From: an uncultured Nitrosopumilaceae archaeon
GTDB taxonomy: Archaea > Thermoproteota > Nitrososphaeria > Nitrososphaerales > Nitrosopumilaceae
Direction: 5' to 3'
Assembly: GCA_964586685.1 (NCBI GenBank)
Contig: CAZPGR010000006.1
Span: forward strand, 9,391-73,390
Length of the DNA stretch: 64,000 bases
Shown here: in pieces, positions 28,538 to 38,396 of the stretch
Numbering within the stretch: the stretch's first letter is position 1
Layout: every line of letters starts with the position of its first letter
The notes under the pieces: model-generated
What the model saw: the letters and a program-made list of their open reading frames with translations, nothing else
Database searches by the model: none
What the model was told of the DNA's origin: nothing
Translations under genes and position numbers: made by a program

Positions 28538-29805
28538 TTGACGTCCCTCGGGTCAGTAATTTTTCCTGTTATCGCGGATGCTGCAGCAACAAGTGGTGAT
28601 GCAAGATATGTCTGAGATTCCACATGCCCCATCCTTCCTGGAAAGTTTCTATTTGTTGTACTGATACAGATTTCATCTTTTGCCAATACACCCATGTGAG
28701 CTCCACAGCAAGCACCGCATGTAGGCGGCCCTACTACCACTCCTGCATCCATGAATATTTTCAACAATCCTTCATCCATTGCTTTTCTAAATATTGACAT
28801 TGCAGCAGGCAATACCTCAGTTCTTATCTTTACTGTTTTCCCCTTTAGAATTTTTGCTGCAGCTCGTAGGTCTTCGAGTTTTGCACCAGTGCATGAACCA
28901 ATGTATGACTTGTCAAGCTCAACAGAGGATAGATCACGTGCAACAACAGTATTTTCAGGAGAGAATGGTTTTGCCACAATTGGTTCCATCTCAGATCCTT
29001 CATACTCGTAAATTTTTTCATATTGTGCATCCGCATCACCATGAACTTCATCATATTTTGTAACACCCTTTGCTGCAAGATAGTCCCGCAGTTTTTGATC
29101 AGGTTCAACGATACCGCTTTTTGCACCTGCCTCTGTTGTCATGTTTGTTAGTGTCAATCTTCCTTCAACAGACATTTCTGATATTCCTGTACCGCCAAAC
29201 TGCATGGTCTTGTATGCAGCACCATCAGTTCCAATGTCACCAATTATTTTCAATATCAAGTCTTTTGCCATCACATGATCAGGAAGTTTTCCGTTGAGCT
29301 TAAAGTATAATGTCTCTGGTACCTTGAACCATATTTTTCCATTTAACAAGACATATGCAACATCGGTATGTCCAAGTCCTGCGGCAAACGCACCTAGCGC
29401 ACCAGTAGTATTTGTATGAGAATCTCCTCCGACATACACCTCACCTGGAAGCACCATGGCCTCCTCATGAGACAACGTATGGCAAATGCCGTACTGTCCC
29501 ATGCCATACTTGAAGTGCTTTTTAATTCCAAACTGCTTTGTAAAATTTGTTAGTAGTACGATATTTTGTGCAGATATTTTATCCGCTGCGGGTACAAAAT
29601 GATCTTCGGCAACCCACACCCTCTCTGGATCCCATATTTTGTCAATCTTCATTCCAGTCTTTCGTAGTTTCTCAAATACCGCCATTACTCCGGGCCCAGA
29701 TACATCGTGTACCATGACTTTGTCCACATTGACAAAGACCACATCTCCTGGCGAAACTGATGTTTTTCCAGAAGCACGGGCTAGAATCTTTTCAGTAATG
29801 TTCAA
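28534..29805 (-). CDS. homoaconitase/isopropylmalate isomerase large subunit (archaeal type)
   Basis: GICH, DSHT, GSCTG, CGACCG, TNRNFPGRMG. Confidence 0.92.
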   Translation of the reverse strand: MNITEKILARASGKTSVSPGDVVFVNVDKVMVHDVSGPGVMAVFEKLRKTGMKIDKIWDPERVWVAEDHFVPAADKISAQNIVLLTNFTKQFGIKKHFKYGMGQYGICHTLSHEEAMVLPGEVYVGGDSHTNTTGALGAFAAGLGHTDVAYVLLNGKIWFKVPETLYFKLNGKLPDHVMAKDLILKIIGDIGTDGAAYKTMQFGGTGISEMSVEGRLTLTNMTTEAGAKSGIVEPDQKLRDYLAAKGVTKYDEVHGDADAQYEKIYEYEGSEMEPIVAKPFSPENTVVARDLSSVELDKSYIGSCTGAKLEDLRAAAKILKGKTVKIRTEVLPAAMSIFRKAMDEGLLKIFMDAGVVVGPPTCGACCGAHMGVLAKDEICISTTNRNFPGRMGHVESQTYLASPLVAAASAITGKITDPRDVK

Positions 29806-29878
29806 TATTAAAAATCAACCCTCAAGAAATTAAAATGTTTGGAGAACCATTAATAGTAATTATCATCTAAAACCAGAC

Positions 29879-30649
29879 ATGCCGCTCACAGTCTTGGCTA
29901 TAAAATCGACATTAAAAAAAACAGAGTTTGATTTGTTTGCAAGCCTTGTGACAGATCTAGAAAATTCCAACATAGTACCATCAAATGGAGATGTACTAGT
30001 CATTTCAAGCAAGTATGTCGCAAATTCACAAGGCAGAGTTTTAGAGTATAACAAAGTGGTCCCGTCTTCTGACGCTGAAAAGATTGGCAAAAGGTTTCGC
30101 ATGAAACCAAACATGGCAGAAATAATTTTAAGAGAATCAGATGTCATATTTGGAGGAATTCCCGGATTTGTCATTACATCATCGGATAATATAATGGCGC
30201 CAAATGCAGGAATTGACAAGTCTAATACAAAGAATGGGACCATAGTGTTGTATCCAAACGAACCATATCTTGTAGCAGAGCACCTTAGAAGAAAATTCAT
30301 TTTGAAATACAATGTACATGTCGGTACAATCATTGCAGACAGCAGACTGATGCCAGGAAGAGTTGGAACAGTAGGAGTTGCAATATCATGCGCAGGAATA
30401 GAGCCCACATCAGATCTTCGAGGTGAGAGAGACCTGTATGGAAATTCCCTCAAAGTAACTTTCCAGGCAGTTGCAGATGATCTTGCATCCATTGCAAATC
30501 TGAAGATGGGTGAAGGTTCAGATGCAACCCCATGTGTGCTGATAAGAAATTCAGATGCTAAACTTACGAATAGAAAGATACGAGAAAATGAGATGGCCAT
30601 CTCGTACGAACAATGTGTCTATGTTCGTGGACTAGGAATGCGAATTTAA
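29879..30649 (+). CDS. cofE: coenzyme F420-0:L-glutamate ligase
   Basis: ISSK, NAGIDKSN, DLRG..DLYG..L..T..AVAD.LA..A.L.MGE. Confidence 0.93.
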   Translation: MPLTVLAIKSTLKKTEFDLFASLVTDLENSNIVPSNGDVLVISSKYVANSQGRVLEYNKVVPSSDAEKIGKRFRMKPNMAEIILRESDVIFGGIPGFVITSSDNIMAPNAGIDKSNTKNGTIVLYPNEPYLVAEHLRRKFILKYNVHVGTIIADSRLMPGRVGTVGVAISCAGIEPTSDLRGERDLYGNSLKVTFQAVADDLASIANLKMGEGSDATPCVLIRNSDAKLTNRKIRENEMAISYEQCVYVRGLGMRI

Positions 30650-30690
30650 GGCAACTATAGTTTTAATAGAGCTAAAATGGACGCCAAGCT

Positions 30691-31242
30691 ATGGTAGAGT
30701 TTCTCACCAAGTATCCAAAAACAATGTCGTTCCTAGACGGTAAAAACGACAAAGTAAAAGTGGATACAAAAGGAGTGGAGCAGCTTACCATAGTTGTAAA
30801 GAAAAGTGTCGAAGAAATGTTGAAGATCTTTTCGAAGGAAGGTTTCACTCATGTAAAATTTGAACACAAGCAAGAAACACAAATCGGCAGTGGTCTTTCC
30901 CTCAAACTAAAAAAACCATGGGAAATGCATGTGCGATTATTAGAAATGAAGAAAGGCCTTGTTGCAATCCAGGCAGAAGTTGAGGTTTCACGTGACTATC
31001 TACAGCATCTCTTTTGCCAGAGGACTCCAGTATTTTACGAGATAGAGACTTTATTGAATAAACATCAGATAGAGTACAAGATCTGGAATGAGCGAATAAG
31101 AGAATATGTCAATACAGTTATTGACAATTACAAAGTTAAGCTTGCGACACCAAGTTTTCCAGTACTTGCATGGAAGCCAATGGTGTATGTGATTGCAACA
31201 ATAGGTGGACTATACCTCTTCAAGTATCTAATGACAGTCTAG
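30691..31242 (+). CDS. hypothetical protein with a C-terminal TM anchor
   Basis: 183-aa ORF with a hydrophobic tail. Confidence 0.75.
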   Translation: MVEFLTKYPKTMSFLDGKNDKVKVDTKGVEQLTIVVKKSVEEMLKIFSKEGFTHVKFEHKQETQIGSGLSLKLKKPWEMHVRLLEMKKGLVAIQAEVEVSRDYLQHLFCQRTPVFYEIETLLNKHQIEYKIWNERIREYVNTVIDNYKVKLATPSFPVLAWKPMVYVIATIGGLYLFKYLMTV

Positions 31243-31245
31243 GAT

Positions 31246-32724
31246 CTAAGGAACACAAGCAAGTGAACTTCTTGGCGGTATTTGACAGGTACCAGAAATA
31301 ACATAACCATGTGGAGATGTAAATGAACACAAATCTCCACTTGATTTGCTTTGGCACGCATTCAATGCTTCTTGCGGAGGAGTATTGATTTGGTTTGGCT
31401 CACCCTGACCATTCTGTGCCCCTTGATTTGACATACCTTGATTTTGTAAACCTTGACCATGCTGCCCACTTTGCCCATTGCTTATCACCACATATTCTGC
31501 CGGCTGACCTCTAAAGCAACTTACAGAATACGGAAAATCATATGTCATGACATAATGATATGTTATAGTAGCTACACCATTTTCCATGATTTGACTTGTA
31601 ATGCCATGGCACTCATCCAAATCATCCGTTTTCAGATACTTGTTAGTTGCCACCTGAGGACCTGTTATAGGAAAACCATCAAGTGCATAACCTAGAACTG
31701 TTTTTTCATCTATATCTTTGAAACAAGAGCTGAGGCCATGATAGTGATATTCCCCACTATTTTGCGGATGTCCGCTACAAGAATCCTGAGCTTCGTGGGC
31801 CTGTGCATCACGCAGTTCTGCATCAAAACCGTCAAAGAGTGGAACTCCAGATAGCATAATTCCTACTTCACCCCTAATGCAGTAAGGCGTTTTTGAATAT
31901 ACCGGATTTGCCGGAAGATTATCGTTAAAGGATTGGATGGAAATGGAATTTGGATTCATGTCATATTTACTTACAGCATCACTTGGAGATATTGGAAATG
32001 TGCCAGTTGTGTGACCAATTGGCAAGTCGTTGCCAGACAATGTACGAGTGTCACCTGAAACAACATTTGTAAACATTGCATTTGGCCAAGAAACTGATCC
32101 GCTCACTGAAAGTTTTTCCAAGAAATTCCACATATTACCGTGAATCCACGGTCCACTGGATTGAGCCCCCTTACCCATTGGAGGCACATTGCATAGGTAG
32201 ATGTATCCCTTTTGCGGTCCAGAAGTGACATATTTGCCGTCACCTAGTGGAACATTGCCATCAGCATATGGGTTGTCAGCAATGGCAAGAAGATCACTGT
32301 CTGACAATATTTGTGTGCCATTTGTCATCATGTTGTTTGCAACAGATCCTGATTTACCCAAGTTTGACTGAGGTAGTGTCAAAATTTTGCTCTGAACAAG
32401 ATATTGAATTCCTTTTACAAATTCGTCCTTTGATATCTGTCCTGATGCCCATAGCCCAGCATTATTTTTCATGGATGCAGGAAATTGAGAAGTTACATTT
32501 ACCGGTTGTTCCTGAATCGGTATTTTCACAATCCCTTTCTGTATGAGATATTGTAAACTGTTAATGTAATCGTCATCACTTATTTGTCCCTGTGACCACC
32601 ATTTGGCATTATTTTTTATCCACGATGGAAAACTGTAACTTTCTTGCCCGCTTGCTTGTAGACCAGATATGAAAATACTGGAAACAATGAAGATTCCAAC
32701 CATTGTAAGAATTAGTACCTTCAA
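31246..32724 (-). CDS. secreted YHYH-domain protein with N-terminal PSWIKNNA-type repeats
   Basis: Signal peptide, two W-rich repeats, GHP...YHYH, GYALDGFPI, LDECHG, YHY. Confidence 0.9.
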   Translation of the reverse strand: MKVLILTMVGIFIVSSIFISGLQASGQESYSFPSWIKNNAKWWSQGQISDDDYINSLQYLIQKGIVKIPIQEQPVNVTSQFPASMKNNAGLWASGQISKDEFVKGIQYLVQSKILTLPQSNLGKSGSVANNMMTNGTQILSDSDLLAIADNPYADGNVPLGDGKYVTSGPQKGYIYLCNVPPMGKGAQSSGPWIHGNMWNFLEKLSVSGSVSWPNAMFTNVVSGDTRTLSGNDLPIGHTTGTFPISPSDAVSKYDMNPNSISIQSFNDNLPANPVYSKTPYCIRGEVGIMLSGVPLFDGFDAELRDAQAHEAQDSCSGHPQNSGEYHYHGLSSCFKDIDEKTVLGYALDGFPITGPQVATNKYLKTDDLDECHGITSQIMENGVATITYHYVMTYDFPYSVSCFRGQPAEYVVISNGQSGQHGQGLQNQGMSNQGAQNGQGEPNQINTPPQEALNACQSKSSGDLCSFTSPHGYVISGTCQIPPRSSLACVP

Positions 32725-32773
32725 TCAAGAAAATTCATTTCATTCAAGTAATTAACTTTTAACACAGGGCCAA

Positions 32774-32792
32774 TGTGAGACTGCAACTCACA
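32774..32792. promoter_or_regulatory. palindrome TGTGAG-N7-CTCACA upstream of the YHYH gene
   Basis: Perfect 6-bp inverted repeat about 50 nt upstream of the start. Confidence 0.35.
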
Positions 32793-32873
32793 AGTCTGAA
32801 TTTCAGTAACTATAGAGTTACAATTAGAAAATTATTCAGAGAACATCCATTCAGTCAAATTTTTACCTCAAAA

Positions 32874-33272
32874 TTATGTTGTTAAAGTTATCTGGTTTAT
32901 TGCTTTGAATATTTCACTAATCTCAATTGGTTTTTTTATAATTGCCTTTACAGTATCACCTAACACATTTCTTTCAAAATGTGAACCAGATACCAAAATT
33001 ATCTTTCCTTTGGGATCAAACTCCTTTATCTTTTCGATTGCATAAAGACCATCATATTCAGGCATCAAATAATCCAAAAAGACAAAATCCGGATGGTGCA
33101 TTTTGTACAATTCAACTGCTTCTTTGCCATTGATGCCGTTTGCAACAACTTTGATATCATTCATTTCTAGCAATTCAATAAAAATTTCCCGCACATCTGC
33201 ATCATCATCTACTACAATGGCTCTTATTTCTGCATGACCCTTATCAGTATACATTTGTCTGTCATTTGACAT
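32874..33272 (-). CDS. stand-alone response regulator receiver (CheY-like)
   Basis: VVDDD, FLDYLMP..DG, KKP. Confidence 0.93.
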   Translation of the reverse strand: MSNDRQMYTDKGHAEIRAIVVDDDADVREIFIELLEMNDIKVVANGINGKEAVELYKMHHPDFVFLDYLMPEYDGLYAIEKIKEFDPKGKIILVSGSHFERNVLGDTVKAIIKKPIEISEIFKAINQITLTT

Positions 33273-33401
33273 AAATCATTTTATATTAGATTATAAAATA
33301 ATGATAGCTTGTACAGGACATACAAACAATCCACACTAGGTCAATCAAGAGTTGCCCTAATTAGTAGAAATCATAATGAGTCAAGATTACATAATGTTAT
33401 T

Positions 33402-34454
33402 TTACATATTTTTCTGGAGTGTTATTGTAAAGATAGTAGGTGGTGATTTTACTGTAATTGTACCGCCATGTTGCTCTACAATGTTTTTACATATAGAAAG
33501 ACCCAAGCCTGTTCCTGTCTGTTTGGTTGTAAACAAGGGATCAAATATTTTTTGCATTGCAGTAGCAGATATTCCACTACCAGTATCTTCAAATTCAATT
33601 TTAACATGGGTGCCAATATCCATTATGCGTATCTTTACCTCACCATTATCATTTGTAGCTTGAATTGCATTTAGTACAACATTTGAGAAAACTGCCTCTA
33701 ATTTTCTAGAATCACATATTATTGATACATCATTTGATGGAAGAAATATTTTGACATTGGGCGGAATTAAGATAACGTTAATTGCACTATCTATGATTGA
33801 ACGCAATGATACACGATGTAACACCATCTCAGTTTTTTTCACAAAATCCAACACATCATCTATTTGGTGTGACATACGCTGAACGGCTCTCTTGAATCTT
33901 GCAATGTGTTGTAACCGTTCCTCAATTTTCATATTCTGTTTAGCTGACATTACATCCATGGTATTTTTTATGACTGAGAGCGGGTTTCTCAGATCGTGTG
34001 CCAGTCTGGCTGAAAGCTCTCCTATTATAGCAAATTTTTCTGCCTTGACTAGATCTTGGGTTGTTTCATCCAGCCGTCTTGCCAAAAAATCACGCTGCAT
34101 TGATAATTCTTTTTCTTTTTGAGTAACTCGTTCTAATTTTTCTTTTAATTCCAAACTTACTTGGTCATTAAGAATAGTTTTTCTTTCAAGTTCTTTATTT
34201 GCCATTTTTAGTTCATCATTTTTTCTATTCAGTGATGCACTCAGTTCTTGTAAAGATTTGATTCTATTTTGTAGATCGCGATTAATTTTAGACACTTCCT
34301 TCATTTTTGAGAAGGATTCATTGGTAAGCATAGTCAGGTGTTTTTCTTTTTCTACAAGTTCACTTTCGGCAGCATCTAATTCCTTGATCTCATTTGATAC
34401 CATCCATTCATCTGACGATTTTGTGCCTAATTCCTTTGGTTGCAGAGTCATCAC
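33402..34454 (-). CDS. soluble histidine kinase (coiled coil, HisKA, HATPase_c)
   Basis: LAHDLRNPL, NVVLNA, DTGSGI, FDPLFTTK, GTGLGL. Confidence 0.95.
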   Translation of the reverse strand: MMTLQPKELGTKSSDEWMVSNEIKELDAAESELVEKEKHLTMLTNESFSKMKEVSKINRDLQNRIKSLQELSASLNRKNDELKMANKELERKTILNDQVSLELKEKLERVTQKEKELSMQRDFLARRLDETTQDLVKAEKFAIIGELSARLAHDLRNPLSVIKNTMDVMSAKQNMKIEERLQHIARFKRAVQRMSHQIDDVLDFVKKTEMVLHRVSLRSIIDSAINVILIPPNVKIFLPSNDVSIICDSRKLEAVFSNVVLNAIQATNDNGEVKIRIMDIGTHVKIEFEDTGSGISATAMQKIFDPLFTTKQTGTGLGLSICKNIVEQHGGTITVKSPPTIFTITLQKNM

Positions 34455-34600
34455 AATTTTTACAATATAGTGGTACTAATTTTCTAGTGTGATCAAAATT
34501 AACACACAGTTTTAAAGTTATTAGAAATTCTCATTTAAAATAATCACACCACTGATTCAAGAGGATAACATGACTAGAAAAGTAATGAAACTAATAATTT

Positions 34601-34708
34601 TTAGTGTTTCATTCTAAAACTTATCATAAATGTGACAGCCACAACAATGATGCCTGTAATGATCATTATAATCCCGACGTATATTTTTCCAGTTGGATCA
34701 ATAATCAA
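34601..34708 (-). CDS. possible 35-aa single-TM microprotein
   Basis: Hand translation from TTG: MIIDPTGKIYVGIIMIITGIIVVAVTFMISFRMKH. Confidence 0.45.
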   Translation of the reverse strand: MIIDPTGKIYVGIIMIITGIIVVAVTFMISFRMKH

Positions 34709-34952
34709 TAGTATGTTTATGATTCATGTAATGCTTTTAAAAACGCCTTAACATGGTTACGTCAAGTTTATTAATTTTTTACTAAAATGGAAAAAATTTC
34801 AAACGAAAAGAAATAACTGAATTAATGTGTCATCAAAAATACTGGATATTCTCATTTTGGAAATCAATTCAAGTGAGAAGTTAAGTCTTCTGTAACAAGG
34901 TAACGTAACAAGGTTCATCAGTCTCTAAATAGTAAAATATTGAAAAAGAATT

Positions 34953-35054
34953 ATGGAAAAAATTAACAATACGATAAGAACAAGACGTATAGACGAAAAT
35001 CTATACTGGATGGAACAAAAAACAGGCATGATATGTGTAAAGTTCAGCAACTAG
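34953..35054 (+). CDS. possible 33-aa microprotein
   Basis: MEKINNTIRTRRIDENLYWMEQKTGMICVKFSN; TAAATA about 25 nt upstream. Confidence 0.3.
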   Translation: MEKINNTIRTRRIDENLYWMEQKTGMICVKFSN

Positions 35055-35142
35055 TAGAATAAGTCCCTAATGGATTCAAGATTTCAACATTGGTACAAAA
35101 CTGTGAGAATCACATCTCACTTTAAATAATAGAATTTCGTCA

Positions 35143-35439
35143 TTGCAATCATTGGATAAAGACGCAACAATTCAAAAGATAGATGAGATAATCAGAACAT
35201 TGTCTAAATCCAAAAAACAATCTACCATTTTAACACCTGATGAGATAAAGTTAATCCAAAGTGTGGATAAAGAAGATCAATCCAAGCTGGCAAATAGACT
35301 AGAAGACTTGGTGGTATTGCTAAGAGATGATCCAGATAATAAGAAAAAGATACGAGAATCCCGTCAGATAGCTTTTGATGAATTTGGTCATGTAAATCCA
35401 GTGTGGGATGTCTTGAAATCTGTAGAATCTTTGTTTTGA
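35143..35439 (+). CDS. hypothetical protein
   Basis: 98-aa helical ORF with TTTAAATA upstream. Confidence 0.7.
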   Translation: MQSLDKDATIQKIDEIIRTLSKSKKQSTILTPDEIKLIQSVDKEDQSKLANRLEDLVVLLRDDPDNKKKIRESRQIAFDEFGHVNPVWDVLKSVESLF

Positions 35440-35488
35440 AATAATATGAAATTATTTTTATATCATAACACCAAAGCAGAATAATCCA

Positions 35489-35674
35489 ATGCAAATACCA
35501 TTTGGACTTTTAATTTTAATTGGTTGCCTCTTAATTGGAGTATACCTAATGGCAGATTATCTCATACCAAGTGTGTTTTGCAAAATTCTCCCTCGTGGTA
35601 ATATTAAATCACACATGGAGCAACAATACAATTCACATGTGTTCAGTGATATCTGCTCTGGAATACATGCATGA
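35489..35674 (+). CDS. small membrane protein
   Basis: 61 aa with an N-terminal hydrophobic helix. Confidence 0.5.
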   Translation: MQIPFGLLILIGCLLIGVYLMADYLIPSVFCKILPRGNIKSHMEQQYNSHVFSDICSGIHA

Positions 35675-35822
35675 CTTGGACAGAATTATCCCCCATCGGA
35701 TTTGAACCCTATGGCTCTAGATTTTAGTCCTATAACAGTTAGTGTAAATGGCTAAAATTAGATTACAATACAAGGAGAATTAGAATACGATTTAATTATC
35801 AGAATAGATCAGTAATGATAAC

Positions 35823-36212
35823 ATGATCTCTGAGAAAATAGTACGATTTCTAAACAAGAACAAGGATCTGAATCAATTAGCACAACAAATAATCACAATG
35901 TTGGAAACAGATGGATACAAAACACAGATGACCTCTAATTCGCCAGTAGGAATAATCATTCAGGCCACAAAAGCAGGCATCCTCAGAGATATAATCACTG
36001 CAGACAGAGCATTTACAATAATGATCACAGGGGATTCGAATAACTTTGCCATACACATAGGAATTGGAAAATTGGTACAAAATATTGCTGTTGCAGCTGC
36101 AGAGGCATTACTTTTATCTGCCTTATTTCTAGCCGTTGATATTCCAGAGATGCTCTGGACAAGACATGTGGAAAGTGAGATATTGAATAAAATAGTTCAA
36201 GTCGTAGGTTAA
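35823..36212 (+). CDS. hypothetical protein
   Basis: 129-aa ORF with a hydrophobic segment near the C-terminus. Confidence 0.75.
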   Translation: MISEKIVRFLNKNKDLNQLAQQIITMLETDGYKTQMTSNSPVGIIIQATKAGILRDIITADRAFTIMITGDSNNFAIHIGIGKLVQNIAVAAAEALLLSALFLAVDIPEMLWTRHVESEILNKIVQVVG

Positions 36213-36379
36213 CAAATCAAAGATCTTAGAAAACAAATTTTCAAAATCCATTATTATCAAACCCTAGTTCTGTAAGACGCGAATTTTCAAAGTCTGAACC
36301 CAACAATTAGCAAACCACAACTAGAAAATTATTTACATGTAGTGAACCTTTAATTAGAAATTTTCACAATCATATCTAA

Positions 36380-36910
36380 ATGAGCATATCCAAACTTCCA
36401 CTCTCACTAAGATTTTACGGCACATCTCCATGGGAAATGGAGGTTCTCTTTAGCCTGCTACATAATTTGTTTAATGTACAAGAAGATCCTAACGCAGCAC
36501 AAGACGAAGATTTTACAACCATGATGGACATCAAATTCCCAATCCAATTCAATGAAACATTTTTCAAACAATTTAGTGCATTGCGATGGGACAAACTAAA
36601 GGGCATCATAAAAGAGATGAAACGCCGAAGAGGTGGAGGAAACAGCTTGCGTGTCTACATCAGGTTTACAGGAAAACCAGACATTGTATTTACAATAGAC
36701 CTTGACGATAGGCGTTCATTTGATACAGCAATTGACAAGATAGATTTTGTACTGGAATTGCTGCCATATCATCTTGATCCAAAAAAAATTCCAAAGGAAA
36801 TAACGCGTGTTTCATATCAATTCGATGACATCATTGGAAGATGGAACATCAGTGCAGACTCGCAAGATCAATCATATGGTTTTATAGAAAACGAATGGAA
36901 GATTACTTGA
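36380..36910 (+). CDS. hypothetical protein
   Basis: 176-aa ORF. Confidence 0.75.
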   Translation: MSISKLPLSLRFYGTSPWEMEVLFSLLHNLFNVQEDPNAAQDEDFTTMMDIKFPIQFNETFFKQFSALRWDKLKGIIKEMKRRRGGGNSLRVYIRFTGKPDIVFTIDLDDRRSFDTAIDKIDFVLELLPYHLDPKKIPKEITRVSYQFDDIIGRWNISADSQDQSYGFIENEWKIT

Positions 36911-37337
36911 TCTCTTTTTCCAGAGGCTCAAGCATTGAATGCAGTTCACGGTATTTTTTTTCAATAAAATCCAGAGATTCTTCTAATTTTTTAGATTTCC
37001 CATATTTGTACCTGATAAGTTCCCTGTGTCTCCAAAAGTTCTTTCCTTCACCTACAGACAAGGTACTAAAGTAATCAGGGCCTTTGAGTGCGTCAGGGAT
37101 TTTTACATTATATGGAAAGAGAAACTCTGCCATGAACCACTCATCACCATCAGGATAATCAGAACCCGTGCCGATGTCAAAGAACAGATGCAACAAGTTT
37201 GTCTGCATCAGTCCGTCATCTCGTATGGTAGGATGCTTTACATTTGATTTTTTAAAATCTAGTTTTACAAGGTTTGGTTCGAAATATCCATCGATGATAG
37301 ATTTTCGAAATATCTTGTTTACTTCTTCCAGATTCAA
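36903..37337 (-). CDS. hypothetical protein
   Basis: 144-aa ORF. Confidence 0.75.
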   Translation of the reverse strand: MNLEEVNKIFRKSIIDGYFEPNLVKLDFKKSNVKHPTIRDDGLMQTNLLHLFFDIGTGSDYPDGDEWFMAEFLFPYNVKIPDALKGPDYFSTLSVGEGKNFWRHRELIRYKYGKSKKLEESLDFIEKKYRELHSMLEPLEKEIK

Positions 37338-37430
37338 ACTAGAACTACTCTTTTTTAGAACATGCTAATAACTTATATCATTATTGGAAAACAAAATCCT
37401 ACAGACTAGGTTTAAGGACATCAGCAAAGA

Positions 37431-38396
37431 TCAGACTTCAAGTGTATCTAGCATCTTAGATATGTCAGTTATGGATTTGCCTCCAGACGAGATTTCTTGG
37501 TATGCAGGGGGATTTTCAAGATAGTTTGGAATCCTCTCTGACATTCTTTCATCATAGGATGCAGCAATATCATTTTTGTAAAATATTCCAGTTGGAATCT
37601 TTGAATCCCACTCGTTAGACTTGATCAAGGCTTGTGTTAGTTTTTCATTTTCTTCGTCTGGAGAATCAATATGCACAACCGGATCATATCCAGTATCCTC
37701 AAGCTTGTATATCCTAGGTCGTGGCTTGTTTGTCATCTCATCAATGTTGTCCATTCCTGAGAACCAATCTCTGGTATTGATGTCATTATACGTAGGACAT
37801 GGTTGTAATACATCAAGAAATGAAAGGCCCCTGTGTTTTACTGCGGCAATTATCAAATCCTTGAGCTGTCTTACATCATATGCATAGCCTCTTGCAACAA
37901 ATGTAAATCCACTTGCAATGGCTAGAGCAATTGGATTTACAGACTGGTTTACATTTGGTTCTGGAAGAGATTTTGTTTTCAGTCCAAGCTTGAGTGTAGG
38001 AGATGCCTGTCCTTTAGTAAGACCATAGACCCCATTGTTAAAGATGAGATATGTCATGTCTACATTTCTTCTTCCTGCTGCAACAAAGTGTCCTGCTCCA
38101 ATTCCAAGACCATCACCGTCTCCTCCTACTGCAACTATTGTCATCTCAGGGTTTGCAAGTTTTGCACCCTGTGCAAACGGTAATACTCTACCATGCAAAG
38201 TGTGGACTCCATACACATTAAGATAATGAGATGTCTTTCCAGAACATCCTACTCCAGAAAATACCGCAGCCTTGTGTCGCGGAATTTCCATTTCTGCAAG
38301 AGCCATTTGAATTGCACTTACTATACCAAAATCTCCACAGCCAGGACACCAGTCATTATGCACCTCGGTTTTGTAATCTGCTACATTAGACACCAT
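37431..38396 (-). CDS. korB: 2-oxoacid:ferredoxin oxidoreductase beta subunit
   Basis: WCPGCG, GCS, GDGD...NN..YGLTKGQ, QPCPTYN. Confidence 0.95.
   Translation of the reverse strand: MVSNVADYKTEVHNDWCPGCGDFGIVSAIQMALAEMEIPRHKAAVFSGVGCSGKTSHYLNVYGVHTLHGRVLPFAQGAKLANPEMTIVAVGGDGDGLGIGAGHFVAAGRRNVDMTYLIFNNGVYGLTKGQASPTLKLGLKTKSLPEPNVNQSVNPIALAIASGFTFVARGYAYDVRQLKDLIIAAVKHRGLSFLDVLQPCPTYNDINTRDWFSGMDNIDEMTNKPRPRIYKLEDTGYDPVVHIDSPDEENEKLTQALIKSNEWDSKIPTGIFYKNDIAASYDERMSERIPNYLENPPAYQEISSGGKSITDISKMLDTLEV

Noticed and set aside
29863..30600. 245-aa antisense ORF, and similar long ones such as 9020-9661 and 20588-21154
   Set aside because: They are shadow frames of well-supported genes (cofE, the coiled-coil protein, rrp42)
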